Positions 1 through 12,278 of a DNA stretch of 64,000 nt are shown in pieces (positions within the stretch are counted from its first letter, which is position 1; every line of letters starts with the position of its first letter). Made by a program: the position numbers and the translations under genes. This DNA is from Octopus sinensis (Eukaryota): positions 140,988,001-141,052,000 of the forward strand of contig NC_042998.1 of the NCBI RefSeq assembly GCF_006345805.1. Reading direction: 5' to 3'. The notes under the pieces are model-generated. The model searched no databases. It was not told where the DNA came from and worked only from the letters and a program-made list of their open reading frames with translations.

Positions 1-255
1 GAAGTGATTCAGCGTGACACTAAGTGTGACAAGGCCTGCCCTTTGAAATACAGGTACAACAGAGGCAGGAAGAAAGAGTGAGAGAAAGTTGTGGTGAAGG
101 AGTACAGCAGGGTTCACCACTACCCCCAGCCGGTGCCTCGTGGAGCTTAGGTGTTTTCGCTCAATGAACATTCACAATGCCCGGTCTGGGAATTGAAACC
201 ACGATCCTACGACCGCGAGTCCGCTGCCCTTACCACTGGGCCATTGCGCCTCCAC
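1..255 (-). mobile_element. tRNA-derived SINE, family A (head GGAGGCGCAATGGCCCAGTGG); runs off the window edge
   Basis: The minus strand shows A-box (TGGCCCAGTGG) and B-box (GGTTTCAATTCC) like motifs. The same head recurs at 14222-14338, 18862-19176 and 59221-59380. Confidence 0.8.
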
Positions 256-464
256 TATAGAAGACTACAATGCTAACGAATAATGATATGAATACATTTC
301 GTGTTTTTTTTTTCTTTTTTCGTTTGCGAGATTCTTGACGTGAAGTCGTGTTGAAATAGGGGTTGTTGTTTCCTGAAGAGGGGTGTGAGGGTCATTATGC
401 CAATAATAATCACAGGTACTAGTTTTATTTCACATCTTATGTCATTATCACTCAACTAAAAGCA

Positions 465-853
465 ACTAGCTGGAAGAATGTTTAGCGCTGGAATAATGGT
501 CAACACGCTTGACAAAATCGGTATATTTTTCGGTAGAGTTTAGACTTAGAACTTAAGTTCTGAGTCTAAACTCTACCGAGGTCGAGGTCGAATTTACCTG
601 TCATCTTTTGGGATTAATAAAATACGTACCAGTTGAACACTGAGGTCGATGATTCGGCTTATTCCCCTTTCCAAAATTGCTGGCATTGTGCCAAAATTTG
701 AAACCATTATTACTCAATTAAGAGCAGCGAACCTGAAGAATGGTTAACGCGCCGAACAATGCTTAGCGGCATCTTTTCCAGCTCTTTAAGTTCTGAATTC
801 AAAGGCTACCGAGGTCGACTTTGTCTTTCAAATTTCGGGATCGATGAAATATG
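465..853 (+). mobile_element. Two degenerate SINE family C copies; the second is split by the mariner and resumes at 2147-2232
   Basis: Both carry the family core GAGGTCGACTTTG(C/T)CTTTCA...GTCGAT-AAAT-AGTACC. The second copy breaks at ...GAAATATG-TA and resumes at CCTGTTGAG after 2146. Confidence 0.7.
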
Positions 854-2146
854 TACGCGACGTTCAATAAGTAATGCCCCTGACCCATTTGCAGTTGTTT
901 GATCTAGCTGAAATTTTGCATGTGCAATCATTTATATCTCTATAGAGTAAGTGACAAATTACAGCTCTGAACTAATTGCGGTTTCTGATTTACAGGTGTT
1001 TGAACTGAGTCAAGTGTGAAATGGAGCCTGTTGAGTGTCGAGCAGTGATCCGGTTTTTGTATTTGAAAGGACGCACACCACGGGAGACTTTTGATGAAAT
1101 GAAAGTAACTTATGGTGATGATGCCCCATCATATGACCTTGTAAAACGCTGGCATCGTGAATTCAAACATGGTTGGAACTCTGTGGAAACAGCTCCCAGA
1201 TCTGGTCGCCCCGCTTCTGCCATTGATGAGGCATCTGTCTGTCAAGTTGAGGCTGCCATTTTGGAAGATCGACGCATAATTATTCGCCAAATAGCCCATG
1301 AGGTCAAGATTAGTACCGGGTCTGTACAAACTATCATTCATGCCCATTTGCATATGCAAAAGGTGTCTGCCAGATGGATTCCCAGGTTGCTCACACCTTT
1401 CCAGAAGCAAGAATGCGTCGAGTGCTCGAGGATGAATTTGGAGATGTGCCAAGAAGATGAGTCAAATTTTTCAAAAGACTGATTACAAAGATGAAACCTG
1501 GGCCCATCACGATGATCCAGAGACCAAAGCCCAGTCAATGCAGTGGAAGCACCGTGACTCACCCCTTCCAAAGAAGGCAAGGGTGCAGCCCTCCGCTGGC
1601 AAGGTCATGCTCACAGTCTTCTGAGACCAGGACGGAGTAGTGATGACAGATTTCCTGGCAAAGGGTACCACAATTACAGGAGCCTATTATGCTTCACTTT
1701 TGAGGAAATTAAGAGAAGTTATCAAAATCAAGAGGCGGGGCAAGATCAGCAAAGGCATCCTCCTCCTGCAGAACAACGCTCCGGTCCACAACTCGCTTGT
1801 CGCCAGATCAGAAGCACAGGCGTATGGCTATGAACTCCTCCCCCATCCCCCCTACTCTCCTGACCTTGCACCCTCTGATTTTCACCTCTTCCCAGTCATG
1901 AAGTTGTTTTTGAAAGGAAAGCGTTTTCCAGATGATGCAGCCTTGATTTCTGAAGGCACGTTGAGGTTGGAGGACCAAGCTGGGTTCTTCTACAAAAACG
2001 GTCTCCAGAGCCGCATCAAACAATGGGAGAAATGCGTAACTCTGGGTGGTTCCTATGTAGAAAAAGACTAATAACTGTGCCAAGTTTCGTTGCTCTACTG
2101 CTATGGGAAGTGGGTCAGGGGCATTACTTATTGAACGCCCCTCGTA
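854..2146 (+). mobile_element. Mariner (DD34D) DNA transposon, near full length, inactive
   Basis: TIRs CGTTCAATAAGTAATGCCCCTGACCCA (861-886) and its reverse complement (2111-2137). TA dinucleotides lie at both ends (854-855, 2145-2146). Confidence 0.95.
1021..2071 (+). pseudogene. Mariner transposase pseudogene
   Basis: N-terminal HTH (MEPVECRAVIRFL...), WIPRLL, DETW and YSPDLAPSDFHLF motifs with 34-residue spacing. Two apparent 1-nt deletions near 1470-1490, an in-frame TGA at 1622, and the second catalytic D reads N (QNNA). Confidence 0.92.
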
Positions 2147-2263
2147 CCTGTTGAGTAAGGGGCCGATGTAATTAATTTCTTTGTCCCTTCAAAATTGTCC
2201 TGGTTTGTACCAAAATTAGAAAAGATTATTATTTCTCAATTAGTTAACTATTCAACTACTTAC

Positions 2264-2299
2264 CCAATCGAATGGTTGAGTCATATCTTCTTTCTAGAA
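2264..2299 (-). other. Candidate 30-36 nt micro-exon of an unidentified minus-strand gene
   Basis: Minus strand: pyrimidine tract CCCTCTCTTCTCTAG, exon TTCTAG/AAAGAAGATATGACTCAACCATTCGATTGG, then donor GTAAGT. It lies in non-repetitive sequence; no homology recognised. Confidence 0.3.
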
Positions 2300-3269
2300 C
2301 TAGAGAAGAGAGGGTATATTGTTGATGCGGTCGCGAATAGTGATAAAAGGATTCTGACAAACTCAGCTGATTGATTGACTGAACGGTTAATCAAATAACT
2401 GATTGGTTAATTTGTTAAATGGATAACCAATTAACAAATACTAAAGAAGTTAATCGAACGAGTGCAGGTTTATTAATAGCATAACGGCCCGCCAAAGACA
2501 CAATATAAATATTTCTTTCCCACAAATTCTACGACCCCGTAGCATAGCGGTTCGTCAAAGGAGACCAATAGAATATGTACCAGACTTAAGAAAAACGTAA
2601 GTTCTAGGATGATTTGTTTGACAAAAACCCTTTAAGGCGGTGCCCCAGAATGATCCGTGTCAAATGCCGGAAACAAATAAAAGATACTCCAATTCCACCT
2701 GTGATGCCTTGAAATATGGTTTAACATTCAATTATTGACTACAGTAATATCCTTTCTACTTTAGGCACAAGGCCTGAAATTTTGGCGAAGGGGGACTAAT
2801 CGATTCCACTGAATGTTACCTTATTTCATCGACTCTAGAAAGGTGAGAGGCAAAGTCGACCTAGGGGACATTTGAACACAGGACGTAAAGCCGGAAGAAA
2901 AGCCGCTAAGTGTTTTGCTCATCGCGGTAACGATTCTGCTTGGTTGCTGCCTTATTGGCTATTGTAATATAAAAATAAGAGCAGTGTCACTGCACATCAC
3001 TGCACAAATATTATCTATAGTTCAGAATTATTTCATCTGTAGGAAGACTTAGAGAAGAGGAGAAAACTTTAATGAAAGACACAAATATGTATTAATCTCA
3101 GATACTCTGCCGCTGCTTAACCGCTATTTTAGCAAACGCTTAAACAAGGGGAAAATTATATCTCATCGTCAATAGGCTAAGCAACATATCCAAATTGTTA
3201 TGCTGCACTCCATGTCATATAAGGTTTCAGTCATTGAATATCATCCATGGACGTGTATCTTTCATATTT

Positions 3270-3662
3270 TATCTTTTGCCTGTTTCAGTCATTAGACTGT
3301 GGCCATGCTGGGGCACCGCCTTGAATTTTTAGTCAAATGAATCAACCCCAGTACTTATTTTTTAAGCCTGATACACTTTTGCCGAACTGTTAAGTTACGG
3401 TTACGTAAACACACCAACACATGTTGTCATGGTGGTGGGGTGGGGGCATACACACACACACATATACATATATACATATATATACATATACATACATACA
3501 TACATACATACATACATACATACATACATACATACATACGACGGGCTTTGATTGGCTCGAGGCTATAGTAGAAGACACTTGCCCAAGGTACATGTAGTGG
3601 GACTGAACACAGAACCTTCTGGTTGGGAAACAAGCTTCTTACTACACAGCCACTCCTGCGCC
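3270..3662 (-). mobile_element. SINE family B (tRNA head, CORE-like block, internal microsatellite, 3' body)
   Basis: Head GCAGGAGTGGCTGTGTAGTAAGAAGCTTG, CTTGGGCAAGTGTCTTC block, internal (TATG)n, and tail GGCGGTGCCCCAGCATGGCCACAGTC. Confidence 0.8.
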
Positions 3663-3819
3663 TATATGTATGTGTAGATCTGATGTCTATGGTTCATTTT
3701 CTGTTTATTTTCTTGCTTTTCTCCTTTTTAAAAAAAAGGAACAACAGTAAGAGACACCACAAAACATTCTTTTTCCCACTCTCTGATAAGTAAAACAGGA
3801 ACAATATAGCACCACCAAC

Positions 3820-4140
3820 CATGTCGCGACACACTCAGAATGATTGCCAAGATAAATGTTATACATCACAGCCAGTGTCACTCCAACACCAATGTCACAC
3901 CATTATCAATGTCACACAGAAACCAATGTTTATGCACTCACAAGCAATGTTAGACTTACATTACTCTACCGCCATCACTGTGCCACATTACATGCAATGT
4001 CACGCTTCCACACGTATCCCACCATCTACAATGTCACACTACTAATGTCATCTGACCATCAATGTCGCACCATCGCCAGTGTCACACCACAACCAATGAT
4101 ATGCCGCCACCAACGACGCACTGGTACCAATGTCAGAGTT
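3820..4140. repeat. Degenerate cryptic tandem repeat built on CAATGTCACAC / CAGTGTCAC
   Basis: About ten imperfect occurrences of the motif at irregular 15-40 bp spacing. Confidence 0.55.
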
Positions 4141-4309
4141 GATTCCTCGCACTCGCATTCTATTCACCATATTTTGACAGAATAGGAAAGAATTACGAGG
4201 CACAATTCAACTACATGAAAGGAATGTCTACTGGGAATGAAAGAGATGTTATAATCAAGAACATGAAGACTAAATCTTCACCGAGATCACTGTTCTAAGA
4301 ATATGTGCA

Positions 4310-4523
4310 CGTACGTATATACATACATGCATACACACATAATAAACACACACACACACACACACACACATTATATATATATAGTAGATATATACACACA
4401 CACATATATATACATACATACCTACATACATACATACATACATGTATAATGTATATTATATTGTATGTATATGTATGTGTGTATATAAATTGTATGCACA
4501 TATATCTATATATTGTGCATGTA

Positions 4524-4557
<34 letters not shown>

Positions 4558-4558
4558 G

Positions 4559-4590
<32 letters not shown>

Positions 4591-4608
4591 TATATATATT
4601 ATATATAT

Positions 4609-4662
<54 letters not shown>

Positions 4663-4700
4663 GTAGGTATATATGCACGTACGTATGTATAATGTATACC

Positions 4701-4736
<36 letters not shown>

Positions 4737-4897
4737 TTGTGTGTTTACGTATTCAAACCATTTGAACTAAAAAAACACTAATTTAGAAACGCATAATACA
4801 ATTTTACGCACGCGCACACACACACACATACACTTATCCACTTATATATCAGTCTGGCTTTCCTCTTTTTCTCTCTTTCTTTCTTTACTCTCTCAAA

Positions 4898-4948
<51 letters not shown>

Positions 4949-4951
4949 ACA

Positions 4952-4994
<43 letters not shown>

Positions 4995-5095
4995 ACACAG
5001 AGTCGTATGCGCGCGCGTGTGCATGTGTGTGCGTGTGTATGTCTGTGCACGTGCAATCCTCTGTGTGTGTACGTGCGTGCGTGCGTATGTGTATG
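4310..5095. repeat. Compound (CA)n/(TA)n/(TG)n microsatellite field
   Basis: Directly visible dinucleotide runs. Confidence 0.95.
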
Positions 5096-5371
5096 TAATT
5101 ACAAAATAGCTTATATTCATTCACTGACTCTCAGCAAACGTTGATATTCACCACAATTCATTGTACTGGCTGCCATATTATCCAACTTGCACTGATTACT
5201 TGACCGAAAATAGAGTCTAGACTCCACACAGAATATAGAATGATATAAGACGTCAGAAAATGTCTCTTGTGGCCTTTTCACCAACAATATTGAATTTCAA
5301 GATAGCGTGGTGCTTTCAACTATAAGTAACCACATCAGAGGAACATGTTAAACCAACCGACATCAGACGGC

Positions 5372-5615
5372 GGGGTGTGGTGGTGGTGGTGGTGGTGGTG
5401 GTGGTGGTGGGTGGGGGAGTGGGACCGGGGGTGGGGAATGGAGGTGGGAGGTCGGTAGGTGGGGGGTGTGGGGTAGGTACAGGGTTGAGAGAAGTGGAAG
5501 ACGGGCGAACTTGGCGATCGTCACGATGAGGATGATGATGATGTGATGATGGTAATGGTGGTGATAGCGATGGTGGTGGCGGCGGCGTTGATGACGGTAA
5601 AAAGCAACAATAACG

Positions 5616-5650
<35 letters not shown>

Positions 5651-5800
5651 ATGATAATGATGATGAGGATAAGGATGAGGATGAGGAGAATGAGAAGGAG
5701 GATGAGGATGAAGATGAGGAGAATGAGAAGGAGGATGAGGATGAAGATGAGGAGAGGAAGAGAAATTATTGTTTTATTATTATTATTATTATTATTATTA

Positions 5801-5838
<38 letters not shown>
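5372..5838. repeat. Compound (GGT)n / G-rich / (GAT)n / (GTA)n / (TAT)n low-complexity tract
   Basis: Directly visible; includes a duplicated 33-bp GAGGATGAGGATGAAGATGAGGAGAATGAGAAG unit. Confidence 0.9.
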
Positions 5839-6224
5839 GTTTTCTGTTATTTCATGCAATTTTGTTTAGTTTTTCACTGCACCACAGGTGCACTTGTGTG
5901 TTCCTGAGATGTGCACTGTATTGATCTTTCTTCTGCTGTTTGTATTGTTGTTGTTGTTGTTGAGGTAGTAGTGGTGGTGGTGATGGGGGTCTGAGAATGG
6001 GGTTGTTGGTTGGTAGGTGTGGTGAAGGTGTTTGTGTTTTGTCTAATTCGATGTGGTGCAGGGTTTGTTTTGGTTGTTTATTGTTGTTGTTTGGTATGGA
6101 ATGATGTCTATAGAATTATTGAGAAGAGTTTGAATACAATGGGTACTGTGTGCGTTGTGTTCCATTATCGAGTGGATCAAAAGAGAATGTAAAATATTTA
6201 CATTTACTGAGAAGACTGTAAATA

Positions 6225-6530
6225 CGTGAGTCTGTCCTCATCTCTGGTCACGAATGTTGGATAAATGACCGAATGGATACGATCGAGAATACAACCGGCC
6301 AAAATCGGGTACATTCGACGGATCTCTGGAACGAGTTACTTGATAAGGTGCGTAGCTTAAAGATCATGGTGTTTCTCCAGGAGACGCTATTTTTCTGCAT
6401 TGAGAGGTCACAGTTCTGGTTCTATGAACATGTGATTAGAATATCCTAGGAATGAATCGCAACATGGTTTCTTGAAACCGGGTAGACCAGTTAGATCAAG
6501 AATGAGATAATTGGATAATAATATCCATTG
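6225..6530 (+). mobile_element. Degraded RTE-clade LINE fragment (post-RT region)
   Basis: Broken frames read MTEWIRSRIQ, then CIERSQFWFYEHVIRI. A related copy lies at 59785-60140. Confidence 0.6.
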
Positions 6531-7171
6531 TCCAATTTTGGTTAAGTTAGGGAATCCAGCCAAAAAAAGTATAATGACGGTTCCTTATCACAGTACACAA
6601 TGGAAGGGGCCTTGATGACTCAGTTCCCAACGACGCGAGTGACAGAAATGGATAGATGATGGTTATTACTGGTAAATTGTAAGGCAGAGAGTTAGCACGC
6701 CGGGCAAAATACTTCGCCTCATTTCGTCCATCTTTGCGTTCTGAGTTCAAATTTCGATGAGGTTGACTTTGCCTTTCATCCTTTCGATGAAATAAGCACC
6801 AATCAGGTACTGGTGTCGACATAATCGACTAGCCTTTTCACTCCAAAATTTTAGAACTTGTGTCTACAGTAGAAACGATTGTTGCTAAATTGTCATTATC
6901 TTCTCTCGATTGTATGATGTGACCCCTAAATGGATTGGTTTCTGGATTAATAGAAATTATATTAACCCTGGTAAAATATTTATTGCCTTTGTTCGCGTTC
7001 TTTTAAAGCCACGCATACTGCCAGTATTATTACTTCTCGCTTTGAAACCACGTGGTTTCGAGGACAGTCCTTTTGTGCGGCACCATAGCCAAGTGTCTTC
7101 TGCTATAGACACAGACCGAACAATGCCTAGAGAGTGAATTTAGTAGGCAAAATCTGCGTGGAAGACTGTCG

Positions 7172-7203
<32 letters not shown>

Positions 7204-7295
7204 TGTATGTATGTATGTATGTATGTATGTATGTATGTATGTATGTATGTATGCATGCATGTATGCATGTGTGTGTGTGTGTGTGTGTGTGTGTA

Positions 7296-7861
7296 TTGGG
7301 TTGTCCGGGAAGTTCGTGCCGATTTTTAAAGGAAAGAAGAAGGTCAGTAAATACTTGCGATTACATTTTTAATCAACCAAATATGAACCATTTTGTTGCA
7401 CAATGCATCTCCATCTTTCCTTTAACTTGAAAATACCCTCTTCCCAGAATTGAGGTGGTTTCATGGCAAAGAATTCATCAACGTATCTTTTTACATCATC
7501 CAAGGAATTGAAATTTTTACCATTAAGACTATTCTGCAGAGACCTGAATAAGTGGAAATCCGAAGGAGCAATATCTGGTGAATATGGAGGGTCGGGTAAC
7601 ACATCCCAGCCGAGCTGTAGTAATTTGTGCCCGGTTCCCAAAGCATCAAGTGCCGAAAATGAACTTTCTTATCTTCCATTTTAAAGGGTTACAGAATTAA
7701 CACAGGTTATAGGAACATAAACATTCTTCCACGAAAAGATAGCTTAAGCTGTGCTCTAAATGGAAGTGTAGTCAAATCCTATTTTATGGACTCAACCATG
7801 TTCTAAAATAAGTCGAAAATTAAGCTACTATAAATCAGCACGAACTTTCCGGACAACCCAA
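7296..7861 (-). mobile_element. Internally deleted non-autonomous mariner
   Basis: TIRs TTGGGTTGTCCGG(G/A)AAGTTCGTGC(C/T)GATTT at both ends, with TA at 7294-7295 and 7862-7863. The N-terminus MEDKKVHFRHLML is joined directly to the C-terminal PPYSPDIAPSDFHLF. Confidence 0.92.
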
Positions 7862-7881
7862 TATGTATGTATGTGTGTGTG

Positions 7882-7923
<42 letters not shown>

Positions 7924-7965
7924 ATGATAAATCTCTGAGCGAGTTATAAACAGTAGCGGTAACAC

Positions 7966-8057
7966 ATCGTGACGCATATTGCCATTTGAATATGGCTAAC
8001 CCCCTTAGCATCCACCCTTAGGGGTTAGCCATATTCAAATGGCAAATATGCGTCACG

Positions 8058-8059
<2 letters not shown>
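7966..8059. repeat. Near-perfect palindrome (arms of about 38 bp) next to (TA)n
   Basis: ATCGTGACGCATATT-GCCATTTGAATATGGCTAACCCC pairs with GGGGTTAGCCATATTCAAATGGCAAATATGCGTCACGAT. Confidence 0.9.
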
Positions 8060-8126
<67 letters not shown>

Positions 8127-8131
<5 letters not shown>

Positions 8132-8449
8132 CAACTCGTCGGTCACGAATGACCATAGGTTCCCCTCTGGGGTACAAATCTGGCGGAAAGTCGCCTCACT
8201 GGCGAACGCACAACCTAGGGTTGTTTTGATGGAAGACCAGAAGACGCTCATGCGTAACGGCCTCCCCTCTCCACGCCACCGATGTTATCCAAGGGAAAGA
8301 CAAAGGCTGTTACAGATTGGCACCAGTGACGTCGCAACTCATTTCTACTGCTGAATGAACTCAAGAACTCAACACGCAGCCCGGGCCGGGAATCGAACTC
8401 ACAACCTCACGATCGTAAGCTCGTTGCTCTAACCAATGAGCCATGCGCC

Positions 8450-8451
<2 letters not shown>
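8127..8451 (-). mobile_element. SINE family D (head GGCGCATGGCTCA-TGGTTAGAGC)
   Basis: tRNA-like head with B box GTTCGATTCC, followed by a TTCTTGAG...TTCATTCAGCAGTAGAAATGAG core. Relatives at 10525, 25700, 27868, 29125, 30095 and 34757. Confidence 0.8.
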
Positions 8452-8495
<44 letters not shown>

Positions 8496-8580
8496 GTAAA
8501 TCCCAAAACGCAAAAACAACAACAGGCGGATGTGGTACATGTAAAGTATTAGCAGACGCTCAGGGAAGGAAAGAAAGATG

Positions 8581-8616
8581 GTTTAACGTTTCGAACAGAT
8601 GCTCTTCTTCGGAAAC
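8581..8616 (-). ncRNA. Minimal type I hammerhead-like fold inside a short (about 190 bp) microsatellite-flanked element
   Basis: Minus strand GTTT-CCGAAGA-A-GAGC ATCT GTTC-GAAACGT-T-AAAC. Stems I and II pair, stem III is palindromic, and the core reads CCGAAGA instead of CUGANGA. Confidence 0.5.
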
Positions 8617-8736
8617 AAAGGGAAGATAGAGGAAGAAAATAACCAACGATTCACATGTGGTTACATTTTGGTATGTACGTATGTATGTATGTATGTATGT
8701 ATGTATGTATGTATGTATGTATAGATGGATGGATGT

Positions 8737-8805
<69 letters not shown>

Positions 8806-8897
8806 TGTGTATATATATGCATGTATGCACATAATGTATATGTGTATACATATATGTATGTATACGTATGTATATATATATGCATATATATACATAC

Positions 8898-8931
<34 letters not shown>

Positions 8932-9003
8932 ATACACACAAACACATACATACCTACATACAAACACACACATGGGGATGGACTAAATCTGACCCTTTAA
9001 ATT

Positions 9004-9049
<46 letters not shown>

Positions 9050-10524
9050 CGTGCGTGCATATGCGTGCATACATGTGCATGCGAGTGTGTGAGTATGTGT
9101 GGATGTGTGTTTGAGTTTGATCCCACACCGCTTGACAACCGATGCTGGCTTGTTTTACGTCTCCAAAACATAGCGGTTCCTTAAAACAGACAAATAGAAT
9201 AAGTACCAAACTTTAAAAAAAATAAATTAAAATATGTAACGAGGGGCGATTTGTTCGGCTAAAGTCCTCAAGGCGATGCTCTAGCATGGCACCATTCAAA
9301 TAACTAAAACAAGTTAGGAAACATACAAAGGAAAGAAAAAGATATCAGACTAGGCCGTGGACGCGCAGAATCCTAAGTGCGTAGGTAATAAATATGTTGT
9401 GGAGGGCGGCGAGCTTGCGGAATCGTTAGCACGCCGGGCGAAATGCTTATCAGTATTTCGTCTGCTGTTACGTTTTAAGTACAACTTACGCCGAGAATCG
9501 AATTCGCCTTTCATCCTTTCGGATGTTTTGAGAGGAGGGGCTAGTCAATACCATCGACCTACAATATTTGACTGGTATGTTATTTTTTCAACCCCGATAG
9601 GCTCCGGAATAGGGGTTGCAGGAAGTGCAAGCGTACCTCCTAAAATTTGGGGTGGGGTGCAAAATCAAAATTTGCACCCCTACTAATTCTTCTCGGGTTT
9701 AGAAAATAGTGCATCAAAAGGTCGATTTGCCTTTTATCCTTTCAGGGTCGATAAATTAAGTACCAGTGGAACACTGTGGTCGATGTAATCGACCAGTTCC
9801 CTCCTCCAAAGTTGAGGCCTTGTGCCTCCAGTAGAAAGGGTTATTAATTTTAAGTGGGTGAATTGAAGAAACGTGCAAATGAAGTGTCTTGTTTAAGGAT
9901 ACAACGTGTCATCCAGTCTAGGAATCGAGCCCATGACCTTATGATCGCCAGCATTTTGCATTGTTTTTTCAACGAACGAAGAGTAAACTACACAGCCGCC
10001 GTGATAATATAGCTGCCTATGTAAATGTGAACAAACACGGACACTCTCTCGGTCCTCCCACCCTTGACCCAGTGGACAATACTATATGTGCAGTTGGAGG
10101 GTAAGAGAAGGCTGGTACAAGAAGGTGGCAACGTGAAAATGCAAGCTTGTTCTAGGCTACAGTGCGCCGCTAGGCCTTGGCCGATGAGTGTCGAATCCAC
10201 AACTTATGTTCGAGAGCACAACACACAAGCCATTCAGCCACGAACCTAAATTGAAATAATGAGCACTTTGTATATTAGTGGCTGTCGAGGAATAGAATCG
10301 AGACCTTTACTAATGCAAATGATAGTTACAATAACTCAGCCGAGTTTTATTGACATGGTTGACTCTGTCATGTGTCTATGTGTTAAATTTATAAGCAGAA
10401 CGGTGACTGAGTATAGTAGTTCGGATCCATGTTATAATTTAGTGAAGTGAATGCCTGGATTAGTAATACTAAGGGTGACTTAAAGTTGGGTCTGTCATGA
10501 GCCCTAGGACTAAGAAGACTAAAG

Positions 10525-10763
10525 ATCAATCCGGTTCCCATAGCGTATTAGTGATTAAGATTACAGCACTTTCCCCTGAATGGAAGGCTGGTCTGTTGCA
10601 GCATTAACTCCACAGCTATTGCTGGGATTCGTTTACAGCTGAGTGAACTGGAGCAAAGTGAAATGAAGTGTTTTGCTCAAGAACACACCACATAGTCCAG
10701 GAATCGAAACCACGATCTTCCGATAGTGAGTGTAACACTCTAACCACTAAGCCACACGCCTTT
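10525..10763 (-). mobile_element. SINE family D
   Basis: Same head and core as 8127-8451 with a different 3' tail. Confidence 0.75.
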
Positions 10764-10779
10764 ACTATTTGGGATGAAT

Positions 10780-12010
10780 CATAAAATTATAAAGGATATG
10801 CCTAACAGGGTGATAGACTAAGAAATTAGACTATTTATATGATGCTAATTCACATAGACTTTGTTTAGGCTCAAGAACTGTAATGGTTTGCTCGTTTTCA
10901 GATCCTGGATACCACCAATGTTGGTTGGAGTAGCTGTAGACATTGATGAATCTAATAAAGATTAGTTCAGAATGTTAGAGTTTTAATCAATATGTTTATG
11001 ATCTCAGTCAACCCCTTTTCTACTTTTAGATATTTCCTGATGCTTTTTTGGATGGGTGTTTGATGTATGGATGAGCTCAAAATCAACGTCTGAGTTGCAT
11101 ATTTTTCACTTTGTATTCCCCACTTCTTTGTATTGTTTGTGGTGGTTGATCTTTTCTTTTTAAAGAAATGCGTCACAAAACAAATGTTCTCATTTCTGGT
11201 CAAATATGGGGGTTTGTTTAGTGATGCATTGAGGGTATGTTAGTGTGACATTTCAAAATGGTGCGGTCACTGTTATATGGTAGTAATTGCTAATATTGTT
11301 GATGATGATGATAATGATGACGATAAAGAGGAGGAAGAGGATAATGATGATGATGACGACGACGGCGATGACGACTATGACGAGGATGATGATGATGATG
11401 ATGACTAATTATTCTGATATTTTACAGTTTATTTGTAGTTTAAGTTAGCTAAAAATGTTTGCCAATTTTCTGTTTTACTTATGTTTATTGTCTTTATTCT
11501 TTCTTCTTTTCATTCTTCAGCTGTTTGATTTTGAATTATCTCTTGTTGTTGTATTGTGTTTGAAGTTGTCCCTGGTGTTCAGAAGTTTGGCTATTTCTGA
11601 TGTGCAATTGCGGTTGTATTATTTTACGTTGCCTCGTGGGATATGCTCTTGTTCTTTGGATGCGCGTCTATAAATATTTGTTGAATGTCTGTGATGCAAT
11701 GTCATTTTTGGTGATTACAGTGTTGTTAAATTCTGAAAAACCTTGGTTTGCTTATCGGTAGAACTTTTACCACTGGGCTTCTTTGAAGTTGGTAAAAGTG
11801 TTTCTTATTTTTTTATTTTCTTCTGATTTATGTGCTGTGTCGATAACTGGTTAGTGTCTGAGAAAAGTTAAAGGGGTGTTTGTCAAGTGGTTGTAGTGGC
11901 TAAATATGTAGAATAGATGACGATGAGAAAGAGTTTTGTTGTAGTTGGTTTAGTGAAGCCTGCGTGTGTTTTGGCGTGGATTATTTAGAATACAAAGGGA
12001 GTTAAGTTGC
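10780..12010 (-). mobile_element. Highly degraded APE-type LINE ORF2 remnant, interrupted by (GAT)n
   Basis: Broken minus-strand frames give NFKEAQW, HIPRG and SITLLGISFIIL, resembling the NFKKANW, IPRG and YRPITLL motifs between endonuclease and RT. Confidence 0.35.
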
Positions 12011-12199
12011 GATGCCACTATGTTCTTTCTTGTGTTATCTGTGTTTTTTGAAAACCAGGACATGTTGAATTCATTAAAGACTTCTTCAGCAGTGATGTTT
12101 GAGAAAGTGTTAACTGTGCTATAGCCGAGATGTATAATCTGGAGAGTCGATTGGTGGTGGTGGTGGTGTGTGTGTCTGTGTGTGTGCGTGGGTGTGTGT

Positions 12200-12278
<79 letters not shown>

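Noticed and set aside
9970-10105. Protein-like frame (DNIAAYVNVNKHGHSLGPPTLDPVDNTICAVG) ending at GG/GTAAGA
   Set aside because: No credible acceptor, upstream sequence is a SINE head, and no homology recognised.
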